In this document: positions 1-9,706 of the stretch, piece by piece | Layout: the number at the start of each line of letters is the position of its first letter | Numbering within the stretch: the first letter of the stretch is position 1 | From: Chitinophagaceae bacterium | GTDB taxonomy: Bacteria; Bacteroidota; Bacteroidia; Chitinophagales; Chitinophagaceae | NCBI GenBank assembly: GCA_031417315.1 | Contig: JANOVK010000216.1 | Span: 1-49,738, forward strand | Length of the DNA: 49,738 bases | Direction of reading: 5' to 3' | Made by a program: the position numbers and the translations under genes | Notes under the pieces: model-generated | Told to the model about the DNA's origin: nothing | The model's database searches: none | The model's input: only the letters and a program-made list of their open reading frames with translations

Positions 1-129
1 AAATCTCATGATTTTCCGCAAAAAATTTCTTACAATTTTTCAATAAAAGATAGTTTAATTGCAACTATTGAAGGCCCATTAAATGGAGCATTAAAAAGAA
101 TTAATTATAATTATACCAAAAAGAATTAA
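1..129 (+). CDS. 3' end of an unidentified CDS entering from the left edge
   Basis: Frame 1 is open from base 1 to TAA at 127-129 (...IEGPLNGALKRINYNYTKKN*). A hairpin terminator follows directly. Product not recognisable. Confidence 0.3.
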   Translation, partial: KSHDFPQKISYNFSIKDSLIATIEGPLNGALKRINYNYTKKN

Positions 130-132
130 ACT

Positions 133-166
133 AAAAAAGCCTCTTGAAAATTCAGGAGGCTTTTTT
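133..166. terminator. Bidirectional rho-independent terminator between the left-edge CDS and ftsZ
   Basis: Stem agcctc (138-143) pairs with gaggct (156-161). An A-run lies on the left and a T-run on the right, so a U-tract follows the hairpin on either strand. Confidence 0.6.
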
Positions 167-187
167 AGTTTGTGTTTAGTCTATAAG

Positions 188-2119
188 TTAATCTGGTCTT
201 TGTCCATCTAAAAATGAATTTTTTGTTGAGATAACAGTTTCTTCATTCTCATTTTTTTCAACTGTTGCTCGTCCATAAAAATTTTCAACAGTAGAGATAG
301 TATTTCCAAAAAGCTCCATATTTCTGCGTACATAAGCTGGAACATTATCAAACTCTGTATTTGGATCTGAATTGTTCATATTAAAAGAAAGATTACGCAA
401 TTTTTGAATTCTCTCTAATGCTCTTCTTCGTTGTTCTTCTTCCTCAGATAAATCGTCTATAACAATGGTTGCTGTTGGTATTTCTTGTATTATTTCTTCT
501 CTATTATTTAGTTCAAAACTTAATTCTCCATCGTTAGTTTCTAAATTAATATATGTTTCAAAAGCTGCAACATTTGGCACTTCATGAATGGTTAATTCAA
601 AAGTGTTTTCTAAATTTTCGCTTATTTCATTTAACTCAATATTTTCATCAAGTTCAACATCGTTACTTGAATAAATGTTTAGAGGTTTACTTAAAAAAGT
701 TGTTGGTGCAATAGCTTCATCTTCTATTAAAGTCATACGAATAATACTATCTTCTTCGATTGTAGAAATTATTTGAACTGCTTCTAATTTAATTTCTTCA
801 ACAATATCGTCAGTAATAATATCATTTCCAAAATATGGTGCTTCGAAAATTTCAGTTGATTGTAATTCTAATTCAAATATTTCGGTTTCTTTAGCATCTA
901 ATTCTGCTTCTCTTTGAGCATCAAAATCGTTACTAGAATATTTCATTCCTATTACATCAAAATAAGATGGGGGTTCGGGCAAATGTTCTATTAATTGTGG
1001 CTCGTATGGATTTTTATCTTCGAAAGGAATAGCTTGTTGCTGCATTGCAACAGCATCAAAAACTTTTGGAGTTTCAGTTTCTTGATTTAATGTTAAAACA
1101 ATTTTTTCTTCTTTAGGTTTTTGTTTTACAATAACTTCTTTAGAAAATGGATTTTTATTTTCAAACCCAGTTGCTATTATTGTTATTCCAATTTTTTTAT
1201 CTAAAGTATTGTCAATACCCATTCCTACAATAACATCAGTTTCATCACCAGCTTCAGTACGTAAATATTCATTTATAATATCTATTTCATCCATTGTACA
1301 TTCAAAATCTCCTTCTGCACTATTAATATTTATTAAAATCCATTTAGCACCTTTAATATCACTATCATTTAATAATGGAGAAGTTAATGCTTCTTGAATG
1401 GCTTCTTGAGCTCTATTTTCACCTTCAACACTTGCACTTCCCAAAATGGCAACTCCACCATTTTTCATTACTGTACATACATCAGCAAAATCAACAATAA
1501 TATGACCTTTGCTATTAATAATATCTGTTATACATTTTGCAGCAGTTGCTAAAACATTATCAGCTTTGCCAAATGCTTCTTTCATTTTTAAGTTCCCATA
1601 TTGCATTCTTAACTTATCATTATTAATAACAAGTAAAGTATCTACATGAGGTTTTAATGCTTTAATACCTGCTTCTGCTTGTTGCATTCTACGAGGCCCT
1701 TCGAAAGAAAAAGGAGTTGTAACAATACCAACAGTTAAAATGCCCAACTCTTTACATATTTGAGCAACGATTGGTGCACCACCAGTTCCAGTTCCTCCAC
1801 CCATGCCAGCAGTTATAAAAGCCATTCTAGTATTTACTTCAAGAATACTTTTAATTTCTTGCAACGATTCTTCGGTTGCAATTTTTCCAACTTCAGGATT
1901 TGCTCCTGCACCTAAACCCTGTGTTGAGGCTGGGCCTAACTGAATTTTATTTAATACTGGACTTTGCTCTATTGCTTTTGCATCTGTATTACAAACAACA
2001 AAATCTACACCTTCAATATTTTGTGCATACATGTAATTTACAGCATTACTACCTCCGCCACCAATACCAAACACTTTAATGATTGATGACTTTTGTTTTG
2101 GTAAATCAAAATGGATCAT
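188..2119 (-). CDS. ftsZ: Cell division GTPase FtsZ (643 aa, long acidic linker)
   Basis: Tubulin/FtsZ signature AGMGGGTGTGGAP with an N-terminal GIGGGGSNAV. Conserved C-terminal peptide NVPAYVRRN. Last gene of the dcw cluster. ATG at 2117-2119. Confidence 0.97.
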   Translation of the reverse strand: MIHFDLPKQKSSIIKVFGIGGGGSNAVNYMYAQNIEGVDFVVCNTDAKAIEQSPVLNKIQLGPASTQGLGAGANPEVGKIATEESLQEIKSILEVNTRMAFITAGMGGGTGTGGAPIVAQICKELGILTVGIVTTPFSFEGPRRMQQAEAGIKALKPHVDTLLVINNDKLRMQYGNLKMKEAFGKADNVLATAAKCITDIINSKGHIIVDFADVCTVMKNGGVAILGSASVEGENRAQEAIQEALTSPLLNDSDIKGAKWILININSAEGDFECTMDEIDIINEYLRTEAGDETDVIVGMGIDNTLDKKIGITIIATGFENKNPFSKEVIVKQKPKEEKIVLTLNQETETPKVFDAVAMQQQAIPFEDKNPYEPQLIEHLPEPPSYFDVIGMKYSSNDFDAQREAELDAKETEIFELELQSTEIFEAPYFGNDIITDDIVEEIKLEAVQIISTIEEDSIIRMTLIEDEAIAPTTFLSKPLNIYSSNDVELDENIELNEISENLENTFELTIHEVPNVAAFETYINLETNDGELSFELNNREEIIQEIPTATIVIDDLSEEEEQRRRALERIQKLRNLSFNMNNSDPNTEFDNVPAYVRRNMELFGNTISTVENFYGRATVEKNENEETVISTKNSFLDGQRPD

Positions 2120-2196
2120 TGATTTAAATTTAATGGGTTAATTCGAATTATTTTTTTCAAGTATTTAGGGTAAATGATTTTTTGCTTTTGTTAGAA

Positions 2197-3582
2197 TTAG
2201 ATTAATTTATCTTCTTCTTCTTTAAACAAATCAATTATATTCTTCATCATTTTATCCCAAACACCAATTTTGTTTTTACGATTTTCAATAGGTAATCCAT
2301 CACTAGCTTTTGGTGTTTCTGATGTATTATCTTGTTGAATATTATTTTGTTTATTCTTAAATTCTCGAGGTATTGAGACTGCCTTAAATGATTTTTCAAA
2401 ATCTTTATGCTTATTCTCATAATCATCATAACCTTTCAATATTAAACCTAAACAAGTACTGTACATTGGTTTTTTAAGTTCATCAATATGGTTAGGTGCT
2501 AAATGTTCAGTTGGCAAACCAATTCTTGCATTTAAACCTGTAGCATATTCTGTAAGTTGTACTAAATGTTTTAGCTGTGCTCCGCCACCAGTAAGAATTA
2601 CACCACCATTTAACATTTTATTATCGAGCTGTAAAAGCTTTAAATTATATACCACAAAATCGAGTATTTCAGTCATTCTTGCTTCTATAATTTGACTTAA
2701 ACTCTTAACACTAATTTCTTTTTTAGGCAATCCTCTAAATCCCGGAATAGTAATATATGCATTTGCATTTGCTTCATGTGCTAGTGCACTGCCAAATTGA
2801 ACTTTCATTAATTCTGCTTCTTTAAGAAATACACCAAGTCCTTGCTTAATATCGTTTGTAATATTCTCACCACCAAAAGGAATTACAGCTGTGTGTTTTA
2901 AAATTCCATCATGAAAAACTGCAATATCACTAGTACCTCCACCAATATCTAATATAACAACGCCTGCTTCAAAATCTTCATCACACATCACTGCACCAGC
3001 ACTTGCAAGAGGTTGTAATACTAAATCTTTTGTAATTAAATCGCTTTTTGTAACTGCTCTATTAATATTACGAATTGCATTTTTATCTCCAGTAATTATA
3101 TGAAAATTTGCTCCAACTTTTACACCATTATAACCACAAGGATCTTTAATACTTTGAATATTATCTACATGAAAATCTTGAGGAATTACATCGATAATTT
3201 GATCTCCTGCTGGAATAAAAGTTTTACGTTGTTGTTCTATCAACATATCAATTTCGAATCGTTGTATTTCAATTTCAGAATCTTGGCGAACAATATCACC
3301 TCTTGTTTGTAAACTTTTTATATGATGACCTGCAATACCAACATAAACTTCTTTTATCTCTAAATCTGGATTACTTTTATAACAATTAGCTAAAGCTTCT
3401 TGAATTGCTTTTACAGTATTATCAATATTTAAAACTTGTCCATGTTTCACTCCATTACTAACAGCTTTTCCAAAACCAAGAATTTCTAACTTTCCATATT
3501 CATTTTTTCTTCCAGCAATTGCTGCAATTTTAGTGGTCCCAATATCAAGCCCAACAATAATCGGTGCTTCAGTAATATTCAT
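2197..3582 (-). CDS. ftsA: Cell division protein FtsA (actin-like ATPase)
   Basis: Phosphate-binding motifs LDIGTTK and LDIGGGTSD. C-terminal amphipathic tail. Sits between ftsQ and ftsZ. Confidence 0.95.
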   Translation of the reverse strand: MNITEAPIIVGLDIGTTKIAAIAGRKNEYGKLEILGFGKAVSNGVKHGQVLNIDNTVKAIQEALANCYKSNPDLEIKEVYVGIAGHHIKSLQTRGDIVRQDSEIEIQRFEIDMLIEQQRKTFIPAGDQIIDVIPQDFHVDNIQSIKDPCGYNGVKVGANFHIITGDKNAIRNINRAVTKSDLITKDLVLQPLASAGAVMCDEDFEAGVVILDIGGGTSDIAVFHDGILKHTAVIPFGGENITNDIKQGLGVFLKEAELMKVQFGSALAHEANANAYITIPGFRGLPKKEISVKSLSQIIEARMTEILDFVVYNLKLLQLDNKMLNGGVILTGGGAQLKHLVQLTEYATGLNARIGLPTEHLAPNHIDELKKPMYSTCLGLILKGYDDYENKHKDFEKSFKAVSIPREFKNKQNNIQQDNTSETPKASDGLPIENRKNKIGVWDKMMKNIIDLFKEEEDKLI

Positions 3583-3662
3583 AAGATGTTTTTTGTTAGT
3601 TTCTTAATTCCTAGCTAATGGGTATATGCCCATAATAAGAACATAACGATTTTTTTAATATT

Positions 3663-4460
3663 TTATTTTAAAATTGAACTATCAGAAATAGGTAAATTTT
3701 CTTTAAAATTCGAAGCCACAACTTGATCTTTAAATCTAACATCTAATAAATTATATTTATTGATACCTAATTGCAGCCATGCTTTTGAATAAAATGTATA
3801 TAGTTTATTAAATTTTTCTTTAATATCATCAGCATTTCCAAAATTTATAATGTGATTTCCTAAGTTAGGTATTAATTCAAAATTTCCGGAAGTTGAAATA
3901 TTTATTTGAGCAATTTGAGCATTCCAAAAACTATCTGCATAAATATAATTTGAAATATTTTTAACTTCTATTAATAATAAACTATCACCATGAGATAAAA
4001 TTTCATTGTCGCTAGGGAAATTTGTAATTACTAATACTCTAGCATTTGCATTTTGCTTAATGGGTAATCTTAAAGCATTATTATCTAAATAATTCGACCC
4101 TCCATTAACTGTAAAAATTCGTGAAATGGGCTGTCTTTGTGCAATATCAACATGCAGTATATTTTTATTATCAATATATAATTCTGCATTTTTTACCCAT
4201 AAATTTTTTTGCAAAGCTTTTTCTAAACTTTGTAAATCTATTTTTTTAATTGGCTTCGAATTTATAACTCCACTCGGATTAACCACTTCATTAATTTCTT
4301 TTTCGGTTATAAAATTTGTTTGATTATTGTTGCTAATTTCAATTTTAAGTCCATGACAATTATTATTTTTTCTTTTTTGAACAGCAGCTATAAATAAGGT
4401 TAATATAAATAATCCTATTACTAACCAAAGTCCATTTAATATTTTATTTTTTAGTTTCAA
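3663..4460 (-). CDS. ftsQ: Cell division protein FtsQ-like (single TM plus POTRA-type region)
   Basis: N-terminal TM helix LWLVIGLFILTLFIAAV. Size and position (murC-ftsQ-ftsA) fit FtsQ. The start is TTG at 4458-4460, with no nearby ATG. Confidence 0.75.
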   Translation of the reverse strand: MKLKNKILNGLWLVIGLFILTLFIAAVQKRKNNNCHGLKIEISNNNQTNFITEKEINEVVNPSGVINSKPIKKIDLQSLEKALQKNLWVKNAELYIDNKNILHVDIAQRQPISRIFTVNGGSNYLDNNALRLPIKQNANARVLVITNFPSDNEILSHGDSLLLIEVKNISNYIYADSFWNAQIAQINISTSGNFELIPNLGNHIINFGNADDIKEKFNKLYTFYSKAWLQLGINKYNLLDVRFKDQVVASNFKENLPISDSSILK

Positions 4461-4465
4461 TTATT

Positions 4466-5872
4466 TTAATGCTCCATTATTTTTTTAATATCGTTTACTA
4501 ATACATCAATATCGCCTGCACCAGCCATTACAATTAATTTTGGTTTTAAGTGTTCAATATAATTTTTCATTTCAATTTTAGAAAACACATTTTTATTTTC
4601 TAGTTTCATTTTTCCAAAAATCAACTCGCTATTTACTCCTTCAATTGGTAATTCTCGTGCAGGATAAATGGGCAATAAAATAACTTCATCTGCCCTATCT
4701 AAACTTTCAGCAAATTCATTTGCTAAATCTTTTGTTCTACTATATAAATGTGGTTGAAAAATAAGTGTAATTTTTTCTGATGGATAAATACTTTTTACTC
4801 CATTTATCAAAGCTTTTAATTCTTCGGGATGGTGTGCATAGTCATCAATTAAAATTGCCTCCCCTTGCCCCTCCAAAAGAGGGGAAGAAGGTTTCAGTAT
4901 ATACTCAAATCTTCTTTTTACACCTTTAAATTCTGATAAAGCTTCAATAATTTTTGCGTCATCAATTTTTAAATATTTTGCTACACCAATGGCTGCTAAA
5001 GCATTTTCGATATTATGTAATCCACCCATGTGTAACACTACATTTTTTAAGGTCCAATATTGATTAATTACATCAAAATGATATGAACCATTTTGAACTT
5101 TTAAATTAGAAATATGGATGTCTGCATTTGTATCAGAAACACTGTATGTACAAGTATCTGGAACAGTAAAATCATTTCTATTTTTTAGTCCATGTTTAAT
5201 AATTAAACACCCTCCATCTTTTGTTTTTTGCGAAAATTGAACAAAGGCATTTTCAACTTCTTTTGGTGTTCCATAAATATCTAAATGATCAGAATCTACA
5301 GAAGTAATTATACCAATATTTGGAGAAAGTTTTAAAAAACTTCTATCATATTCATCTGCTTCAACAACTACATTATTTGCTTTGTTGCTCCAAAAATTTG
5401 TATTATAATTTGATGAAATTCCACCCAGAAAAGCATTACAGCCAAATCCTGTATGTCGTAAAACATGACCAACAATTGTACTAGTAGTTGTTTTTCCATG
5501 TGTACCAGCAACACAAATATTAAAAGTGTTTTCAGTAATTATTTGCAGCACATCACTTCTTTTTAACAACTGATAATTATTATTTTTATAATAATTTAAA
5601 CCTGCATGATTCGATGGAATAGCAGGTGTATAAACAACAAAATCTATTTCTTTTGGAATTAATTCTACATCATCAACAAAATGAATTTTAATTCCTTCAG
5701 TTTGTAATTGCTTGGTTAAATTAGTTTCAGTTTTATCGTAACCACTAACCTTAACTCCTAAATTATTATAATACCTAGCTATTGCACTCATTCCTATACC
5801 TCCAATACCAATAAAATAAATACTCGATAAAGAATTTAAATTAATGTCAATAATATTATTTTGATGGTTCAT
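4466..5872 (-). CDS. murC: UDP-N-acetylmuramate--L-alanine ligase
   Basis: N-terminal GIGGIGMSA, Mur-ligase P-loop GTHGKTTT, and the DDYAHHP motif. Lies in the dcw cluster. Confidence 0.95.
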   Translation of the reverse strand: MNHQNNIIDINLNSLSSIYFIGIGGIGMSAIARYYNNLGVKVSGYDKTETNLTKQLQTEGIKIHFVDDVELIPKEIDFVVYTPAIPSNHAGLNYYKNNNYQLLKRSDVLQIITENTFNICVAGTHGKTTTSTIVGHVLRHTGFGCNAFLGGISSNYNTNFWSNKANNVVVEADEYDRSFLKLSPNIGIITSVDSDHLDIYGTPKEVENAFVQFSQKTKDGGCLIIKHGLKNRNDFTVPDTCTYSVSDTNADIHISNLKVQNGSYHFDVINQYWTLKNVVLHMGGLHNIENALAAIGVAKYLKIDDAKIIEALSEFKGVKRRFEYILKPSSPLLEGQGEAILIDDYAHHPEELKALINGVKSIYPSEKITLIFQPHLYSRTKDLANEFAESLDRADEVILLPIYPARELPIEGVNSELIFGKMKLENKNVFSKIEMKNYIEHLKPKLIVMAGAGDIDVLVNDIKKIMEH

Positions 5873-5878
5873 TATTAT

Positions 5879-7012
5879 TTATTCAACAATATTTAAAATC
5901 TGTTCTGCAATTTTTTCATCTGCATTTAGAATTGCTATTTCACTAATGTTAAAAATTAATTCGTTTTGCTTTTCATTATTCTCCAATAATTCAACAACAG
6001 TATTAAATAAAACATCTCGAACTTTATTATCTTTAATAATTAATGCTGCATTTTTATTAACCAAATGCATTGCATTAACAGTTTGATGATCTTCTGCTGC
6101 AAAAGGAAAAGGTATAAAAATTACAGGTTTTTTTACAACACTTAATTCAGCAACACTCATAGCCCCACTTCTACTAATAACTATATCTGCAGCAGCATAA
6201 GCTATTTCCATTTTATCAATAAATGCACTTACCCAAATTCCGTTTTCAGTATCATTAAATTGAGTAAACTGGTTAGCCGATGTTTTGCCAGTTTGCCATA
6301 TTAATTGAATATTTTTATTTTTAAAATCATTAAGATGTTGCTCGATTGTTTCATTAATACTTTTTGCTCCCAAACTTCCACCAACAATTAAAATAATTTT
6401 TTTATTGTTATTTAGTTTGAAATAACTTACAGCATCTGATTTCGAAATTTGAGCATTTACAATTGACTTTCTTACAGGATTTCCTGTTAGAACAATTTTT
6501 TCTTTAATAAAAAATTTTTCCATTGCATCACTTGCTACAAATATTTTAGTTGCTTTTTTACCAAGCCAAATATTTGCTTTGCCAGCAAATGAATTGCTCT
6601 CGTGAATAAAAGTTTTAATTCCTTTTGTTTGACAAAACTTTAATACTGGAAAGCTAGAATACCCACCAACACCAATAGCAGCATCAGGTTTAAACTCGTT
6701 TACAATTTTTCTTACTTGCCAAAAACTCTTTAAAATTTTAAATGGAAGAAAAATATTTTTTAAAAAAGATGATCTATTAAATCCTGCAATATCTATTCCT
6801 TTTATATTAAATCCAGCTTGAGGAACTTTTTCCATTTCCATTTTACCATTAGCACCAATAAATAAAATTTCAATATTTTCTCTTTTCATTAATAGTGCGT
6901 TTGCAATTGAAATTGCAGGAAAAATATGACCACCCGTTCCACCGCCTGCAATTAAAAATTTTAAAACTGCAGTAGTAGGATATTTTAAATTATTGGTTAC
7001 TATAGTTTTCAA
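5879..7012 (-). CDS. murG: Undecaprenyldiphospho-muramoylpentapeptide beta-N-acetylglucosaminyltransferase
   Basis: GT28 G-loop GGGTGGHIFPA, with dcw context. The only in-frame start is TTG at 7010-7012, so the N-terminus is uncertain. Confidence 0.9.
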   Translation of the reverse strand: MKTIVTNNLKYPTTAVLKFLIAGGGTGGHIFPAISIANALLMKRENIEILFIGANGKMEMEKVPQAGFNIKGIDIAGFNRSSFLKNIFLPFKILKSFWQVRKIVNEFKPDAAIGVGGYSSFPVLKFCQTKGIKTFIHESNSFAGKANIWLGKKATKIFVASDAMEKFFIKEKIVLTGNPVRKSIVNAQISKSDAVSYFKLNNNKKIILIVGGSLGAKSINETIEQHLNDFKNKNIQLIWQTGKTSANQFTQFNDTENGIWVSAFIDKMEIAYAAADIVISRSGAMSVAELSVVKKPVIFIPFPFAAEDHQTVNAMHLVNKNAALIIKDNKVRDVLFNTVVELLENNEKQNELIFNISEIAILNADEKIAEQILNIVE

Positions 7013-8326
7013 CTAAATATTTTTTTTTGTAACAATTATAGGGTTATTAATTGTGTTATTTTGAATATCTCCAACAGTTTTTTTGTCTTCTAATAACTGA
7101 ACATTTCTACTTACACTTAAAATTATTCCGATAGCTGCACAAGTAAATAAAAACGAACTTCCACCCATACTTATTAAAGGCAATGTAATTCCTGTAACTG
7201 GCACAATACCTACACTTACAGCCATATTAGCTAGTGCTTGAAATACCAATGTAAAACTTAATCCCAATGCCAAAAATGCACCAAATGCATAAGGAATTTT
7301 TTTATAAATTCTTATACACCTATATAAAAAAAGTACATAAATAAAAAGTATTAATGCCCCACCTAACAAACCATATTCTTCAATAATAATTGCAAAAATA
7401 AAATCGTTGTATGCTTGTGGTAAATAATTCGAAGCAGTACTATTTCCCGGTCCTACACCAAAAAAAATACTTCCATTTGCAATGGCAATATTTGCTTGTT
7501 GTGATTGATAAGAGGAAGTTTTTTTATCTACATCAATAAAATCTTGAACTCGTTTAACCCAAGTGCCAACCCTGCCTACTAATTTTATTTTTTCTGAAAC
7601 TGAAGGTTTATCAAGGTCTGCTTGGTTTCCATTTGTAGTATATACTGCAATAGCCACAATTATTGCAACTGGAATTAGTGCAATTAAAATTGTTACTATT
7701 ATATGTTTTAATTTAACTCTGCCTATATACATTATAAATAATGCTGTAACAAACGTTAATGCAGCATTTGATAAATTAGCAGGAAAAATGCATCCACAAA
7801 TTATTGCAACTGGTAATATTGCCGGAAAAAATCCTTTGTTCAAATCTTTTATTGCTTCTTGCTTTTTACTTAAAATTTTGGCTAAATAAATAAACAATGC
7901 CAATCTTGCAAAGTCGCTTGTTTGAACTGTTAGATTAATAATTGGAATTTTTAACCATCTACTGCCATCATTTATTTCAGTACCAAAAAATAATGTATAA
8001 ATTAACAATGGTACAGCAGCAATTATTAAGTATGCAGCAATTCTTGAAAAAAAATAATAATTAATTTGATGAACAAAAAATATTACTAATAATCCAATGC
8101 AAGAAAAAGCTATTTGTTTAAATAAAAAGAATTCTGTATTACCATGATATTTTTTATACGCCAAAGAGCCAGTTGCACTATATACAACAAGTATTGAAAC
8201 TAGTGACAGTAAAATTACAATACCCCAAATATATTTATCTCCCTTAGCTTTTGCTAATAACGCAAAGCCAGAGTCTTTAATTTGTGGAAGCTCTGCAAAT
8301 AAAATATCGGAAGTTTGTTTAAACAT
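7013..8326 (-). CDS. ftsW: SEDS-family peptidoglycan glycosyltransferase FtsW
   Basis: About 10 TM helices and the conserved SEDS C-terminal block (PVTGITLPLISMGGSS). Sits between murD and murG. Confidence 0.9.
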   Translation of the reverse strand: MFKQTSDILFAELPQIKDSGFALLAKAKGDKYIWGIVILLSLVSILVVYSATGSLAYKKYHGNTEFFLFKQIAFSCIGLLVIFFVHQINYYFFSRIAAYLIIAAVPLLIYTLFFGTEINDGSRWLKIPIINLTVQTSDFARLALFIYLAKILSKKQEAIKDLNKGFFPAILPVAIICGCIFPANLSNAALTFVTALFIMYIGRVKLKHIIVTILIALIPVAIIVAIAVYTTNGNQADLDKPSVSEKIKLVGRVGTWVKRVQDFIDVDKKTSSYQSQQANIAIANGSIFFGVGPGNSTASNYLPQAYNDFIFAIIIEEYGLLGGALILFIYVLFLYRCIRIYKKIPYAFGAFLALGLSFTLVFQALANMAVSVGIVPVTGITLPLISMGGSSFLFTCAAIGIILSVSRNVQLLEDKKTVGDIQNNTINNPIIVTKKNI

Positions 8327-8358
8327 TTATTTAGTGTAACAATTGAAATTATTGATGC

Positions 8359-9699
8359 TTATAATTGTAATACAGCAGCTTTAAATTGTTTCCCTCTATC
8401 TTCATAATTTTTAAATAAATCGAAACTTGCACAAGCCGGACTTAATAAAACAGCGTCGCCTTTTGCTGCTAGTTTAAAGCAAGCTTCAACACATTTTAAA
8501 GCAGATTCAGTTTCTACAATTTTTGGTGCAATTCCTTTAAATGCATCTTTAATTTTTTTGTTATCGACACCCAAACAAACAATTACTTTAACTTTTTCTT
8601 TTACTAGTTCAGCAATTAAAGAATAGTCGTTGCCTTTGTCTGTTCCTCCTAAAATTAAAATAGTTGGTTTGTTCATACTTTCAAGTGCAAACCAAGTACT
8701 ATTAATGTTTGTTGCTTTACTGTCGTTAATAAATTCTACTCCTCGAACAGAAGCAACAGATTCCATTCGATGTTCTAATCCAGAATAGTCTAAAACTGCT
8801 TCACGAATTTTTTCTTTTCGAATGCCAATTGTTGTGGCTGCAATGCAGGCTGCCATAGTGTTAATTTGATTGTGTTTTCCTTTTAATGCGAAATCATAAA
8901 TGCTCATAGATACTCTTTCTTCTTGAATTCGTATCATCATCTGATCGCCTTTAATGTGTCCACCTTTTTTAATTTCATGTTTCATAGAGAAGGGTAATGG
9001 GTTTGAGTAAATGGTTAGTGTTGGTAAGTATTTTGTAATTATTTCATCATCTTCGGAATAGATGAAATAATCTTGATTTGTTTGATTTTTTGTTATGTTG
9101 AATTTTGCATATATATAATTTTCAAATTTGTAATCATATCTATCTAAATGGTCTTCTGTAATGTTTAATAATATTGCTATATCTGGTCGAAAAGTTTCTA
9201 TATCATCTAACTGAAAAGAACTTATTTCTGCTACATATAACTCTTTTGGATCTTCAGCCATTTGTCTCGAAATACTGTAACCAATATTTCCAACAAGTGC
9301 ACAATTCAATCCTGCATGTTTACATATATGATAACATAAACTAGTAGTTGTACTTTTTCCATTTGTACCAGTTATTCCAATTATTTTACTAGTTCCTTTA
9401 TGTCTATATGCCAACTCAAACTCACTTATTATTTTAATTCCTTTTTCTCTTATTAATTTTACAACTTCATTTTTTTCGGGTATACCAGGGCTTTTCAATA
9501 CTTCATTTGCACTTAAAATAATATTCAGCGAATGCGATGCTTCTTCATATTTAATATTATTTTGTTCTAACTCTTTTTTATAATTTTCTTTTATAATTCC
9601 CCCATCACTTACAAAAACATCATAGCCTTTTTGTTTAGCTAATAGAGCTGAACCAATTCCTGTTTCTCCACTTCCTAATATGACTAACTTTTGATTCAC
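8359..9699 (-). CDS. murD: UDP-N-acetylmuramoylalanine--D-glutamate ligase
   Basis: N-terminal GSGETG Rossmann-like motif and P-loop GITGTNGKSTT. dcw context. GTG start at 9697-9699. Confidence 0.93.
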   Translation of the reverse strand: MNQKLVILGSGETGIGSALLAKQKGYDVFVSDGGIIKENYKKELEQNNIKYEEASHSLNIILSANEVLKSPGIPEKNEVVKLIREKGIKIISEFELAYRHKGTSKIIGITGTNGKSTTTSLCYHICKHAGLNCALVGNIGYSISRQMAEDPKELYVAEISSFQLDDIETFRPDIAILLNITEDHLDRYDYKFENYIYAKFNITKNQTNQDYFIYSEDDEIITKYLPTLTIYSNPLPFSMKHEIKKGGHIKGDQMMIRIQEERVSMSIYDFALKGKHNQINTMAACIAATTIGIRKEKIREAVLDYSGLEHRMESVASVRGVEFINDSKATNINSTWFALESMNKPTILILGGTDKGNDYSLIAELVKEKVKVIVCLGVDNKKIKDAFKGIAPKIVETESALKCVEACFKLAAKGDAVLLSPACASFDLFKNYEDRGKQFKAAVLQL

Positions 9700-9706
9700 A
9701 ATTGTT

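Noticed and set aside
3617-3632. A small hairpin, atgggt-atat-gcccat, in the ftsQ-ftsA spacer, as an attenuator or processing site
   Set aside because: It has only 5 Watson-Crick pairs plus one G-U, with no U-tract, and is a single occurrence. That is too weak to call from sequence alone.
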